This document shows, in pieces, positions 1 through 13,932 of a DNA stretch of 64,000 nt. Made by a program: the position numbers and the translations under genes. Origin of the DNA: Mobula hypostoma (taxonomy: Eukaryota); NCBI RefSeq assembly GCF_963921235.1, contig NC_086118.1, positions 29,700,001 to 29,764,000 on the forward strand, in the 5' to 3' direction. The notes under the pieces were generated by a model, which worked only from the letters and a program-made list of their open reading frames with translations, was not told the DNA's origin and did not search any database. Numbering within the stretch: position 1 is the stretch's first letter; the number at the start of each line of letters is the position of its first letter.

Positions 1-120
1 AGTCTTGACCCAAAACATTGACTATCTACTTCCCTGCAGAGATGCTGCCTGACCTGCTGAGTTCTCCCAGCGCCTTGTTTATTGCAGCAGATTTCAGCAG
101 CTTCAGTCTCTTGTGTCTGC
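1..120 (+). repeat. Penelope-like terminal-repeat fragment (degenerate)
   Basis: gatgctgcctgacctgctgagttc...gatttcagcagc motif matches the PLE 3' ends at 6690-6780 and 58745-58790. Confidence 0.7.
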
Positions 121-1069
121 AAAATTATGTGGTATAATAGTTACATAAAGGATCTTGTTCCAAGCCAGATTCCAATGATCTAAGTATATTAAAGTGCCTA
201 TTGCGATTCCTGTGGAGGCAGACACGTATTTCAAAACTCCAAAAATCTTCACTCTGAACAGTTTTTGACAATCCTTTTGTTTGTTTAGATTGAATTCCAG
301 AATGTCATATTAATATTGCAAGTTACAATATAAACATTGTTTAAATAATTGCTTATTTTTATCTATTCTCAGGTTAATAGCTCCAAACAAAACACAAAAG
401 GAATTCAACTGCACAAACCAAATTTAGAGATGGAAACACAACTTATATGCTATTGAAACAAAACACTGCAGAACATGTGGTGCACCTTAGAACATGTGAC
501 TCAGATTAAAACTCTTAATAAAGGAAAGGGGAGATTTATTCAACATATCCTGGTCTTTTTCCTGTTGACATGAAAAGCCTCATATTAGAGTGTCAATCCT
601 ATTTGAATCAATGGCATCCTAAGACAATACATGAAGTAATGAAATGACTCCTGTAGAAGGTGTTAATGGGCACATAGATGAGATGAACTGTATTACAGTT
701 TTGTTTTCCGATCACTATATCCTGATTTTGGCTGTTGCTTTCCAAAATGGTCACAGGGTGGTTGCTGTTGCCCATATTTTCTTCTTCCTTTCAGTTTACG
801 CCTTTGGATGTGTGGCGAATGAAAGATGGGGCAATGTGTTCCAACACCGTAGCCTATCAATTGGAGTGGACATAATAGTCCCTGTCACCATCCAAGTGGT
901 GGTGTTTGGCTGTAAATCTATGATCGTTGCTTGTTGAGTGAGCAACTAAGAGATAAACACAAATTCTGCAGCAAAATTTACATGGACTAGTGTTGTGGTG
1001 CAAAGCATTTTGGTTTTGCCTCCACCTCACTCTACATTATATTCTGGCAAGATATTTTAAAAGTTCCAA

Positions 1070-1600
1070 AAGATTAGATTTATTTGTCACATGTACAATG
1101 AACCGTACAGTGAAGTGCGTCATTGACGTCAATGACAGTCTGAGGGTGTGCTGAGGGCAGCCTACAAGTGTTGTCATGCTTCTGGTACCAACACAGCAAG
1201 CCCTCAACTTACTAATCGCCCGTCCTTGGAAAGTGGGAGGAAACACATTCAGTTATGGGGAGAATGTACAAAACTCTTTCCAGTCAGCAATAGGAATTGA
1301 TTAGATTAAAGATTAGTTTTATTTGTCACATGTACATCAAAACAAACGGTAAAATGCGTCATTTTGTGTCAACGACCAGCAGTCTGCAAGTGTCGCTGTG
1401 GTTCTGGTGCCTGCAACTCACTAAGCCAAACCATATGACTTTGGAATGTGGAGGAAAATCAGAACATCCTGATGAAACCCATGTAGCCATGGGTAGAATG
1501 TACAAGCTCTTTATAGATAGCGGTGGTAATTGAACATCGATCAGTGATTGATGGTATTGTAAAGTGACTGTGCTAACCGCTACGCTTCCATGCTGCCCCA
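1070..1600 (-). mobile_element. Two tandem SINE copies (HE1-like, probably tRNA-derived)
   Basis: 1070-1295 and 1300-1600 share tttatttgtcacatgtaca and gagaatgtacaa. The minus-strand head ggcagcatggaagcgtagcggttagcac resembles the copy at 11015-11245. Confidence 0.65.
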
Positions 1601-3009
1601 GGATCACCTGTTTTACATGAGTATCATCTATTTTTATATTTAGCTACTTACAGTTAAATGAAGTGACATGATAATGGCTCATTGATAAAGTGCCTTCTGC
1701 ATAAGGGAATTTAAAATTATTTCTCAGCATTCCCATTATTCAAGGAGTACACTGACATAGACATCTTAACTCGAATAGCGAAAGAATGAAGGTGAGGAAG
1801 TACAATTCCAATAGGCGCAGATTGCTTGTGAGCATCTTTGGATTTGGTGCTTATGTCATCATTGCGATGCCATTGTCAAAGATGAGCTTTTAGGAATTAG
1901 GGTATGGAACATCTGCTAATGTGGACATTATTAAAAATGGCTGCAAGCACTGATGCAGATAGTAAGTAATTTTTTGAGAATTTTTGTTTGTTTCTGTTGC
2001 AGAGACACAGAGCTTCAGGATTTTCCTTCATGCTGCTAATAATCCTAACTGTTTAGCAGGATTGGATAATTTTCCTAAATTTAGTGGTAGGAATTTTTGC
2101 CAGGCAGTATCACTTGCTCTGAAAACCCATTGTAGCATTGGAAGTCAATTCAATAAACTTCTTCTTTCCCCTTGGGTCTGCTGATTTACTTGGGAAGGCG
2201 GTTTTGAATGAGAATACCTCTTGATGGTAACTTTCAGGATTTTTTGGTCATTTTCCTGAATGTAGCATAATGATTTCTCTGGAATGGCACATAATCTCCA
2301 AGAGAATTCTGATTCAAGCATGTTGAAAAAAAAATATCAGGCTACATACTTCCCTTAAGACACAGGCTTTAAGAAGCTCTTGGCAGATTTTCCAAATAAC
2401 ATCTGGCAGTTTTATATACATTGCTTCAACATAGAAGGCCACAGTGAGTGATATTGGAATGAGCTTGTTCACTATTTTAGTAGTTGTCAAGGAGGTTGTT
2501 CTAAATATAGCTGACGTAGATTTTCAGCAATTCAAGTGAAGTTGCTGGGGCTGTGTACTAAACCGGCAGAAGCTGCTCTTGCATTTTCCTATTGGAGTGC
2601 AAGAAATCCAGATCAGAGTGTTTAACTAGATCAGTAAGGGTTGTCTGGTTACACTAATTCATAGGGTAAATGTTTCATACATGTTTCTACTCATGTATGA
2701 AATAGGCATAAAGAAACAAAGAATGAATTAGTCATCATTTGAATCATTAAAATCACTCCTTCAACATATTGGTTACAATTAACCTTTATTTCAAATATTT
2801 AAATCAAAGTTCAAAAATTCCTTCAGAGATCAACACTCTAGTGAGGACTCTGGGGTAGTAGTAATTCCGTAAAGTAAGACCCAGGTTTCTGGTTCAAGTG
2901 TGAGAAATCCAGGTCTGCTGTGATTTCTTCCCAGAGTTGAATTACTGAGTTATGACCCCAACCCCAGTACACACACATTACCTGCACAAATAGCTTATAA
3001 CCCCTTGTC

Positions 3010-3500
3010 TGCCTATGTCAGAGAGGTGTGGGTATGGGAGGGCAGCGTGCAGTCTGACAATGAGTGATTGTCTCGGTCACCTATCTTGTGATCGCAAGAC
3101 CCTGTTGGACATTGGTACTGTAATGTGGAATGCTGCAAGCTCGGCTCACTGTTTTATCGGTGAACGGCGGGGGTGTTTTGTGGCCTCGGTCATAGTGAGC
3201 ACTTGGCCTTAAATCGTGGTGTTGCCCTGTTTGCGGCCGCCTAGGAGAGAGGCTGTGTGTTCCACCGGAGGTGGTGTGGCATGGAGTCTATGTTGCTCTC
3301 CAGTGTTTGCTCAGCAGAAGACAAGATTTTTCTGTTCAACTGCAGACTGCGGCAGCATTCATGAACTTGGGCTTTTCTTGTGTGTGTGACTCTTTTAATG
3401 CTGTCTTATAGGTGCCATGTGCTGTGAATGACTGTTGGTAGGTACTGTGTTTAGCACTTTGGCTCCAGAATAACGCTGTTTGGTTTGGCGCCCATGACCA
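3010..3500 (+). repeat. Degenerate SINE-like or non-autonomous retroelement
   Basis: Locally GC-richer block with a repeat-like 3' part; family not recognised. Confidence 0.35.
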
Positions 3501-4881
3501 ATGAGACTAATGGTGATGTCCTGCAGATAGTTCACAAAATTATTTCTTCTTTTAAACATACTTCTACTACTAATCTGTGCAATTAGAGTGTGCAATTTAC
3601 ATTTTAATAATGTGTTATTGGGCTGACTGAGTGATCTGGTGCTTTTGCTGTCTCTGAGGGAAATCGGCGTGGTTGAGAATGGATTATGTAGCCTAATAGT
3701 GGAATGTGAACCCATGATCAGCTCCATTATTCGCCAATCTCACTGATGAAAGCGTCAAGCAAGATTGAAATCAATTAGGATAAGAATGGAAGGTGAGCGG
3801 GCATACAGTGCTGTCCGCCTGCATTTGACTGGTCTCCCTCTTACGTTTGCTTATGGCTGCTGGAGGAAGGGCAGGAGTCTTGGATCTTGAGCAAGGTTGG
3901 ATCGGCGAGGTTTATAGATTGGGCTCGTTTTGAGAACTCTGGCATTCACATGATGTGTTACACTTCTTTTATTGCTACTTTGTGTGATTTTGATTGAGGC
4001 ATTTACATGGATTGGTGCTGTGGCCTGCAGTTACGAACGACGCAGCTCTAAATTGAACTGAACACTCGCAGATGGTTTCAAGGACTCTACCATTTGATGT
4101 TTGATATTCTGTGTGTTACTTACCTATTTCTTGGCATTTGTGTAATTTGTTTTTTTTTTTGCTTCGTAGCTACCTGCGGGAGTACACACCTCTGGGTTAT
4201 ATACTGCATACATGCTTTGAAAATAAATGTATTTTGAATCTTTGATTTCTATATTCATGTATTGTTGAGTAACAACTGAACTTGAAGTTAATATATGGAG
4301 TGTGCTAGATGACCTCGGTTAATTCCTACTCTTGAATTTTACCAGTGACGTAAGTACTGTGATAACAACTTTTACTTTGAAACTTGACTAGATGTGAACA
4401 TAAGGTATGACGGTACAATATAGATCAGTGGTACGTAGAAATTAAATAAAAACATAGCTTACATTGTTAGAGGTCAATTGCAAATTTTGAACTTTTAAAA
4501 TCAGTTACATCAATTCTGGAATGAAGGGTACAGTTCAGAATGAATGTATCATTTGTACTCATATGGCACAGAGTATTGCAGGGAGGAGAAAAAAAGGAAA
4601 TTCTATGAAGGATATGAGTTACGGACAGCAGAGTGAATATTGTAAAATCCTTGGTCTGGTGGAGAGATTTAGTGTCTCTAGGAAAAGGGGCACCTGAGAT
4701 TGAAGCAAGAGATTCTTTGCTTTAGATAATTGTGATCTTAGGATATCTCAGCTCCAGAGTTACCATTGTGTATTTTCAAAGCCAAGTTCAATAACCTTGG
4801 ATAGCTTGTCTTTTAAAGTAAATCTGGCTAAGTAGCAGTGCTCATACTGAATGGAATGAAGGCACAATGCAATGAGATATA

Positions 4882-5388
4882 CACTCAGTGATAACTTTAT
4901 TAGACACCTCCTGTCCCTAATACGTAGCCCAAGTATGTTCATGGTCCTCTGCTGCTGTAGCCCATCCACGTCAAGGTTTGATGCGTTGGAGCATTCAGAG
5001 ATGCTCCTCTGTTGAAACATGTGGTTTTGAGTTGCTGGTACTTGCCTGTTAGCTTGATCTAGTCTGGTCTCTCTCATTAACAAGTCATCTTCACCCACAG
5101 AACTACTGCTCACTCAATATCCTTTTAAGCACCATTCTACGCAAACTCTTAGAGACTGCTGAGTATGAAAACCCCAGACTAGCAGTTTCTGAGGTACTCA
5201 AGCCATCCTGTCTGGCACCATCATTCCATGGTCAAAGTCATTTCTTCTCCATTCTGAAGTTTCATTGGAACAGCTGAACCTCTTATCCATGCCCACAGAC
5301 TTTTCTGCATTGACTTGCTGCCACATGATTAGCTGATAACATATTGTATTAACAAGCAAGGTGTACCTGATAAAGTGGCTTCTGAGTG
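4882..5388. mobile_element. Tc1/mariner-type MITE (non-autonomous)
   Basis: Imperfect terminal inverted repeats cactcagtgataactttattagacacc / ggtgtacctgataaagtggcttctgagtg, with TA on the left flank. Confidence 0.75.
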
Positions 5389-6500
5389 CATCTTTCTAAA
5401 CGTTTCTTCTTGTTCTTAACAAAGGCACATGAACACTCAAATCACCTTAATCTTTGTGTTTTTTTAAAAAATTCATTTAATTGTATTACAAGATTTTTAA
5501 AATTCTTATGAAATCTTCAAACAGCTCTACAAATAAGGTGTGCTTTATTCCCAAGATATCTCTACACAATGTAAACAAATATACAAAATTACTTATTAAC
5601 ATTCTGTAGTGTCTAATACTTGCAAACAAAGTAAAAGGATAGCCAGGACCTCATTATTTTAATCACATCACTTGTGAAATAACTGCACATCTGTATTTTA
5701 TTCACTTGCTTATTCAGAAGATTGGTTCCCAAGGTTGTCATAGCCGGGGTGGTTGTGGGGATAAGCTCCCACTACCTATAAAAGTACTCCAAAGCAACTC
5801 TAACAGCCTCTGACAACAAAGTCCAACTCTCGGCCCTCGCATGTGGTTTAGCTACTAAGCCCAGAACTGTGTCTACTGACATGAAAAGAGGCAAAGGTGG
5901 ACCATTAGCACCTCAAAACCAGTTGCTTCCGGCAGGTGATGCTCATCAGCCTTGGACAGCAGCCCAACTAGAAGGCATACTCTGATTTTAAACCTCCACT
6001 GGCTTGCAGCCATACCCAGGCTTCGGGAGTAAACTCCGAGAAAGAAATCCGGAGCCGGGGTCCCTAAGGCAGTTTGATGTTGTTTACAACTTCACTCTGG
6101 CAACCTTGCGACAACACTAGTGACAAACTGTATCGGCACTTGCCCTTCCCTTGGACTACATCAGTGACGCGGAGAGGGGGAACCCGGTGCATGGGCAACA
6201 GCCGGTTCTTCAAATCTTCCTGCCCAGGAGAGGATACAGTCCACTACAGGCACAAACCCATGATCCCCTGGGATTGACAGCTACCTTAGAATTCAGATTA
6301 GTCATTATTTATTCATTCAGGTGAAGGCACATATAGATATTGAATCAGAATCAGGTTTAATATCACCATGTTGTGTAATTTGTTAACTGAGCAGCAGTAC
6401 AATGCAAAAAATTCAATTACAGTAAGGATATACATATGCAACACACATCAAAGTTGCTGGTGAACGCAGCAGGCCAGGCAGCATCTATAGGAAGAGGCGC

Positions 6501-6536
6501 AGTCGACGTTTCAGGCCGAGACCCTTCGTCAGGACT
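6501..6536 (-). ncRNA. Minimal type-I hammerhead ribozyme motif (mirror copy)
   Basis: Exact reverse complement of 6649-6684. Confidence 0.8.
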
Positions 6537-6648
6537 AACTGAAGGAAGAGTGAGTAAGGGATTTGAAAGCTGGAGGGGGAGGGGGAGATGCAAAAGTTTG
6601 CATCTCCCCCTCCAGCTTTCAAATCCCTTACTCACTCTTCCTTCAGTT

Positions 6649-6684
6649 AGTCCTGACGAAGGGTCTCGGCCTGAAACGTCGACT
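6649..6684 (+). ncRNA. Minimal type-I hammerhead ribozyme motif (PLE-associated)
   Basis: agtc-CTGACGA-agggtctcggcct-GAAA-cg-TC-gact: stem I agtc/gact, conserved core, stem II, palindromic stem III and UC cleavage site. Confidence 0.8.
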
Positions 6685-6801
6685 GCGCCTCTTCCTATAG
6701 ATGCTGCCTGGCCTGCTGCGTTCACCAGCAACTTTGATGTGTGTTGCTTGAATTTCCAGCATCTGCAGAATTCCTGTTGTTTGCTTTTAAGGATATACAT
6801 A

Positions 6802-8238
6802 TAGTGCCTATAAAAAGTATTAACCCCCCCCCCCAGCTTTTATGTTTTACAATATTGAATCATGGTGGATTTATTTTAGCTTTTTTAAGACATTGATCAA
6901 CAGAAAAAGAGTCTTTTGTGTCAAAGTGAGAACATCTCTACAGAGTGATCTAAATTCATTACAAATATAAAACACAAAATAATTGATTGTAGTGAAAATA
7001 AGACTTGAAGTTGGAAGGTCCAACTGATGGTAAGTTTCCTGGCAAAAACTACACCATGATGATAAAAGAACATTCCAAGCAACTCCGCAAGAAGTTTATT
7101 GAAAAGCACAAGTCAGGAGATGGATACAGCAAAATTTCCAAGTCACTGAATATCTCGGGAGTAATTGAATCAAGAATGATAATAATATGGCACTATCTGC
7201 CTAGAGCAGGCCATCCTCAAAAACCAAGTGACTGTGCAAGAAGAGGGCTAGTGAGGAAGGCTACCAAGAGACTGGAGTAGTTACAAGCTTCAGTGGCAGA
7301 GATGGGAGACTGCACATGCAACTGCTGTTGCCTGGGTGCTTCATCAGCTACAGCTTTATGGGAGAGTGGCAAAGAGAAATCCATTGTTGGAAAAAAACAC
7401 CTGAAATCTCGGATAGTTTGCTAGAAGGCATATGGCAGACTCTTAAGTCAGCTGGAAAAAGATTCTATAGTCTGATGAAACCAAAATTGAGCTTTTTGGC
7501 CATCAGTGCAAAGGCTATGTTTGGTGTAAGTCAAACACCACACATCATCAAAAACACACCATCCCTACCATGAACCATGGTGGTGGCTAAATCATGCTGT
7601 GGGGATGCTCATGGCAGCAGGCCCTGGAAGGGTTATGAAGGTAGAGGATAAAATAAATGCAGCAAAACATAGAAATCCTGGAGGAAAACATGATGCAGTC
7701 TACGAGAGAACTGTGACTTGGGAGATGATTTGTTTTCCAGCAGGACAATGACCCAAAGCATAAAGCCAAAACTACACAGGAATGACTTAAAAACAAAGTT
7801 ATTGTCCTGGAGTGGTCAAGTCAAGAGTCCAGACCTCAATCCAATTGAAAATTTATGGCTGGACTTGAAAATTGCTGTTCACTCATGATCCCCATGCAAT
7901 TTGACAAAGCTTGAGCAGTTTTGTGAAGAATGAGAAAGAATTGCAGTGTCCCAATGTGTAAAGCTGATAGACCTATCCACACAGACTCAAGGTTGTAATT
8001 GCTGCCAAAGGTGCATCTACTAAATAATGACTTGAAGGGGGTAAGTACTTACACAATCAATTATTTTCTTTTACATTTGTAATTAAGTTAGATCACTTTA
8101 TAGAGATGTTTTCACTTTGACACTAAAGAGTTGATCAGTGTCAAAAAAAGCCAAATTAAATTCAGTGATTCAATGTTGTAAAACAATAAAACATGAAAAC
8201 TTGCAAGTGGTTGGGTTGAATTTCTTACGAAAGGCATG
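6802..8238 (+). mobile_element. Tc1-family DNA transposon, decayed transposase
   Basis: Long imperfect inverted repeats (about 6802-6990 and 8050-8238). Broken frames give KEHSKQLR..GDGYSKISKSLNI, SDETKIELFG, FQQDNDPKH and SPDLNPIENLW. Confidence 0.9.
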
Positions 8239-8345
8239 CGAGGAAGAACATTTTACTTGGTTGGATATCTGAGAAGGCTCCTGAACTTTTTGGTTGGCGT
8301 AAATTAATCATGGAATACATTCCTTTGGACTTTGACATGTATGGT
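8239..8345 (+). mobile_element. L1/Tx1-like ORF2 C-terminal remnant
   Basis: Reads RKNILLGWISEKAPELFGWRKLIMEYIPLDF, which resembles fish L1 ORF2 C-termini. Confidence 0.45.
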
Positions 8346-11014
8346 ACACTTAAAAAACAAATAGTTTTCATAAAACATGGCAACCTTTTCTGCAGTATAT
8401 AGATGTGAACCTGTCTGCTATACTAATAAGGGCTTTTGTATAGGATGTTGTGTGATGTCTATATTTTGATGGAAGTGTTCTGCTACCTGATATCTGTGAG
8501 AGGAAGAAATGTAAATGTAAGTGTATCTGGAAACTGAAAGTTTTGTTATGCTGAGCAAAAAAATTGTTGAAATTAAAAATAGTGCAACAATTGGATAAAA
8601 AACGCGAGAGAGTTTTACATGGTCTCAAAGTCCATTTGGAAATTGGATGGCAGAGGGGAAACTGTTCCTGAATCAATACATTGAAAGCACATCTGTGAAG
8701 ATGTCCTCTAAGTTGCATTCTAGCACAATGGATTAAGAGTTACTGCTAATGGTGCACAAAGAAAGGTGAAATTGGCCAAAGCACAAGAGAAAGCAAAACC
8801 TCAAGCATGACTTTTTATAAATACAGAATGTTACATGTTCCAGCATAACACTGCTGTTAAACATGCCCCCATTTGACTATCCCCCTTCCTGTCCAAACTC
8901 CTCGCTAATGGGCAAATTATTTTAAATTAGTACAAAATGTCAGACTCCCTCTAACCCAGAGATGCCCAAATTGGAAGCTGGTAACGTCCAATGAATTTCT
9001 AGTCATTGCACGTAGAACCCACAGGGTATGAAAGAAATGTGCAATGCTGTACAATTGCCTGATGTGACCCGTACATATTCTACCACTTGAGATTTACAGT
9101 GGGTCCTAAACAGAGGAGTGAATCCCAAAGTTGCTAGAAACCACAGGTTAAAGTAACTATGTCCAAGCTATATAGTTAGGTATGTATAATTTAAATTTGT
9201 TAATTTATGTTAGTCATGTTTGTAATGTACTGAGATTACAACTGCAAACAGCTGATTTTCGTATTTGTTCCCTAGTTATGCCTGCCTATGATATAAACTG
9301 CCCACTTTTTTTTTTAACCATTATGGTTAACATTTCCCATCAGCAAATGCACTTCGAAAGAAATAACAGATTTTCTTTTTTTTTTGATCAAACCCCTCTC
9401 TAGTCTATCCCAATTACTAACTTTTCTATTACATAGCTCAGATAACCAACTGTCTGCACAAACTCAGGATTGATGGAACTCTCACCAGTAATTCTAGAGT
9501 CTTGCACATTTTAAATGGTAGCATTTAGGTTAATATTGCCTGTCATCTGACTGGTACAAGATCTAAAGGAGTGCTCCAATGTCTTTTATATACCTTATGC
9601 TGAAGTGCTCCTCAGCCTTTTCAGATGAAAGCACATTATTACATCACTGTACTATTTTCAGGAAGAAACTCAAAAACAGTATCAATGTCTGATGAAATAT
9701 TTATTCACCAAATGTTTATTGTTAAGGAAAGTCAATAGTTTCTTAAACCAGGCTTAGTTTATAAATTAAACCAAATATAATAAAATATGCCCAAGTACAT
9801 ACGGAGAACTAGACACTATTTGATTAAAGATAATAAATTTGTTAATTAACTTCCCCCAAAAGAAAATATTAAAAGCCCATTTCAGAAAATATTAACTATA
9901 TTAAACAAATAATATACTTAGTGAAATGTAACAGAAGAACTAAACCGAATAAATAAGGTTAGGATGAAAACAGTTATTCAAAGTTCTAATTTAAGCTAAA
10001 TAAAGTACCTTCAAAAGCTGAAAAAAATAAGCAGGCAAACGCAACACACCTTGTTTTCTCTGCAAGAACTTGTGCATTAAAGGCTATAATCTCAGAACTA
10101 TATTGTATAAATAACGTATCTTGGAAAATAGCTCCCCAACCTAAAAATAGCACATCATTTAAAAAAAAGGGAGAGAACACAGGAATCTACATACAAATTA
10201 GCCTGATGACGTTAGGGAAAATGCTGACAAACCACTTCGGAAATAAGATTGGCCAGGGTGAACATGGATTTTTCTTGCCAGTATACTATCAGAGTCTATG
10301 CCTGCCCTCTGAGCAACCTTATCATTCTCATCTTCTCCCACACTGTCCCTGTGCTCTTACACGTAGTATGATTCACCCACCTAAAATTAGGGGCCAATTA
10401 ACAAGTCAGAATATCTTATGAATATTAGAGACAACTGGACCCCCTGGGGCAAGCCCACAAGGTAATGGAGAATGTGCAACCTCCACAGATATTACTGAAG
10501 GTCTGAATTGAACCCAAGCCACTTGAGCTTTGACATTGTGTTACTCTGTTAGGAGTTCTTTTTGAGGTTGTAATGAGAATATAGGTAAACAAGTTGATAT
10601 AGTGTATTCAAATGTGAAGGCTTTCAAAAGGATGCTGTATCAGAGGTTATCAAACAAAATTAGAGCACGAGATTTTTGATGATTAGTGGTACATTTTGCA
10701 GGCAAAACAATGGAGCAAAAAAAAATGGGTTGGGAGGATGTGATAGTGGACTGCTGCTACAGGAGTAACTGCTCGATGAGGGAACCAACTGCAATATATC
10801 CATGTTTACTGATAATACCAAACCAGGCAGCAACGTGGGTTGTCAGGTACATGCAGAGTGGCCACGTTTTAGTGGCTCATTTGCTTATATACAAGTGATT
10901 GGTTTTCTTTAATATATATTTATGAATGCACAAGTGTCTTTGAGATAAAAATAACTGATCTCACTGAACAGGCCAAAGGAGCTGAAAGCCTGCCCCTCAA
11001 ATCTATTTCTTATA

Positions 11015-11245
11015 GAAACAGTGACACAGTACAGAAACAGGCCCTCCCAGCCCAATGAGCCAATGCCAACCAATTACATCCACGTGACCAATTAATTTAC
11101 TAACCCATACACCTTTGGAATGTGGGAAGAAACCTACATGGTCACAGAGAGAAGGTACAAACTCCTTACAGGCAGGTATGGGAATTAAACCCGAGTCGCT
11201 GGTGCAGTAATAGCATTAAGCTGATTGCTACGCTACTGTGCTGCC
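11015..11245 (-). mobile_element. SINE (HE1-like) with CR1-type tail
   Basis: Minus-strand head gggcagcacagtagcgtagcaatcagc and tail gggcctgtttctgtactgtg..tttcta. Confidence 0.65.
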
Positions 11246-11329
11246 CTATTTTATACTTTCCTAAAAGCAATTTGCAACAACACTTTTGCAGATTGAAACT
11301 GACCCAAGCCCACTTCTATAAAAAGAAAG

Positions 11330-11538
11330 CAACACAAAGTGTGGAGGAACTCAGCAGTCCAGGCAGCAGCTATGGAAAAAAAGTACAGTCGACGTTTCAG
11401 ACTGAGACCCTTCAGCAAGTCAACTGTGCTTTTTTTTTTTTACCCCCCCATAGATGCTGCCTGGCCTGCTGAGTTCCTTCAGCACTTTGTGCATTGCTTG
11501 GATTTCCAGCATCTGCAGATTTTCTTGTTTGTGTTTAC
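11330..11538. repeat. Older fold-back PLE terminal-repeat element
   Basis: gaactcagcagtccaggcagcagctatgg pairs with ccatagatgctgcctggcctgctgagttc. A degenerate hammerhead lies on the minus strand at about 11387-11420. Confidence 0.75.
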
Positions 11539-13264
11539 AAAAGGCAATATATTTTAAAGGTAAGCACTTACAAATTATAAAATGGAGTAGGTATCAATGA
11601 AGTCTTCAAGCAAGCTCTACTTTAGCTTTAAGAGGCAATGAAAGAAATAAAATTTCACCCGGTCACAACAGGAAGCACAAATCATTATTCAACATTGCGA
11701 ACTGGCTGAGCTCTGGAACACTTACATAGATAAATATACTTACCACACAGAAATTCACTTAAATTGTACAGCTACCAGATTCTGTTCTTAGTTATTAAAC
11801 TAGAATATTCTAAAAATAAAGTTAAATTGCAGGCAATTTATTTCAAAACCAATTACTATCACATTAAATAGTTACCTCAAGCTAGAAGAAAAAAAGAACA
11901 AAGCCTTCTACTCATTCTAAGCAGTGTCAAATCTGAAGTTATTAACTCTGGTTAGTGATCAGTAAACACAACAGCATCAATTTCTAATCCAAGACAGACA
12001 GTATAAATTATAAATATACATAGTGATTTATATTTCAATTTTATACCAAATTCACTGTTTTTATTCAATTATTAAGTTTTAGTCAATGAAGTAAAAGCAC
12101 ATAATGGCTTCCAGGAATCCTGCAATCATTCCATCACAGCATACTTCATACGTATGATTCCATATTATTCATGTTCATCTGTAAATTAAAAAAAACAGGA
12201 TTAGCTTTAATTCTCTTGAAATCTTTCACATTTATGTCAATGCACCTCCAAAGACTTTTTATATTTATGCAAACTAACCTATCTGCAGTACACTGCACTA
12301 AAGCTACCAAAACATCCAAATTTAAAATCCCAATCCTGCCAACATTTGAATACATACTTAAACTTCCAACTATCTCCAAAGACTTAAATCTGTAAAACTT
12401 AATCCCAATTAAACTGGAGTTGTTCCAGGCTTTTGGCGATGGCCATTCAAAAAAAGATGAAATACATTATATATTGATTCTACTTATTCCAACTTTTGTT
12501 CAGAGTATTCCTTTCAAAAAGTCCATTAAGAGGATTAAAATATAGAGACCAGAAATAAATTCCTTTCCCGTGGAATTAAATGGATTAATTTGATCACAAG
12601 ATCAGAAGTCAAGAATTTAGTGTCACATTATATAGAGTAACAATGGCACCATCTCCTTGAAAAACAGCATCACATGTGGCATAATGAGTATGGGTCCACA
12701 TAGAATCCTTACTACCTGATCAAGGGTAAATCTGAACATTTCAAATAATTCTTCACAACTTAATCGGCATCTGAGGTAATGGATGTGACAGAAAGAAAAT
12801 CTCTATTTATTCTGTATGCAGTATTATACATGAACATCGCAACTTGAAAAATGTTCACACCTGTTACTGCCTAGATTACCATTTTAATCTAGGTCAAAGG
12901 TTTAACTGCTGAATATGTACAAAATCCAGTAGTTAAGATCCAAGACCATATCACTCCTGTTGTGTAAACCAAGTACTGGAATTTAAGAACACTTCACAGT
13001 CCATTTCCTGCCTGTAGTAAATTCATAAGAACTCAATGAATCAAATTGAAAGAACTGAAATCTAATCATCTCACTAGAATTTATCTTGCAATTCAAAATT
13101 ACTTCTAATTATTAAAAAGTTCATGTTTTGAGCGCATCCCTAACATCAAAACAATTCAGTGTGTTATAGGTAACTATATGAAGTGCACATTAGCCACTTG
13201 TCTTGACTTAACCCTATTCTTTCTATTTATTCTTTCCTTTTTTTTATTCTTCCTTTTCTTTCTA

Positions 13265-13932
13265 TTCTTCACCTCTCAGGTATTTCCTGTTAAATGTTTC
13301 TGGGCTGTTCACCTCAATTACTCATTGAGGTGGAACCTTCGACACTTTTCACCCCACCCGACAAAGATTGAGGGACCGCTTTGTAGAGTACCTCAGCTCC
13401 TTCTGCAAACAGCAGAATTTTCCGGCGGCCAACTACTCCCATTCCGACACATCGGTCCACAGCCACCTCTTCTGCCACAAAGAGGCCAATTTCAGGTTGG
13501 AGGAGCAACACCTCATTCCATCAAGGTAGCTTTCAATCTGATGGTACGAACATTGATTTATCCCCCCCTTTCTTTCGCATTTCCCCCAGTCTGACCTCTT
13601 CTCCTCACCTGCCCATCGTCTCCCCCAAGTGCCCCTCCTCCTTTCCTTTCTCACAGGATCCACTTGCCTCTCCTGTCAGATCGCTTCTTATCCAGCACTT
13701 TGGCTTTTCCACTCAATACCCCCCAACTTCTTACTTTATTCCCCCTCCCCCAACCACTTCACTTCACCCATCAACTTCTAGCTTGCCCTTCTTCCCCTTC
13801 CTACTCTGGCATCTTCCCGCTTTCTTTTCAGTCCTAACAAAGGGTCTCTTGCTTGAAATGTTGACTGTTTATTCAGTTCCATACATGCTGCCTGACTTGC
13901 TCAGTTCCTCCACCACTATGCGTGTGTTGCCC
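13265..13932 (+). mobile_element. Penelope-like element 3' fragment (decayed GIY-YIG end, pyrimidine-rich 3' UTR, terminal repeat)
   Basis: Similar to 58270-58790 (gaccgctttgtagagtacctc, caggttggaggagcaacacctcat). Confidence 0.8.

Larger units (their letters stand above)
6438..6787. mobile_element. Palindromic (fold-back) Penelope-like terminal-repeat insertion with 15-bp TSD
   Basis: 6438-6594 and 6597-6747 are near-perfect reverse complements. The direct repeat taaggatatacatat sits at 6423-6437 and 6788-6802. Confidence 0.9.

Noticed and set aside
373..540. Plus-strand terminal exon of an upstream gene (acceptor at 372, AATAAA at 517)
   Set aside because: Short unrecognised peptides; these signals are common by chance in AT-rich DNA.
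6417..6804. Near-identical ORFs on both strands (127 and 122 aa)
   Set aside because: A by-product of the palindromic PLE repeat; no evidence for a protein.
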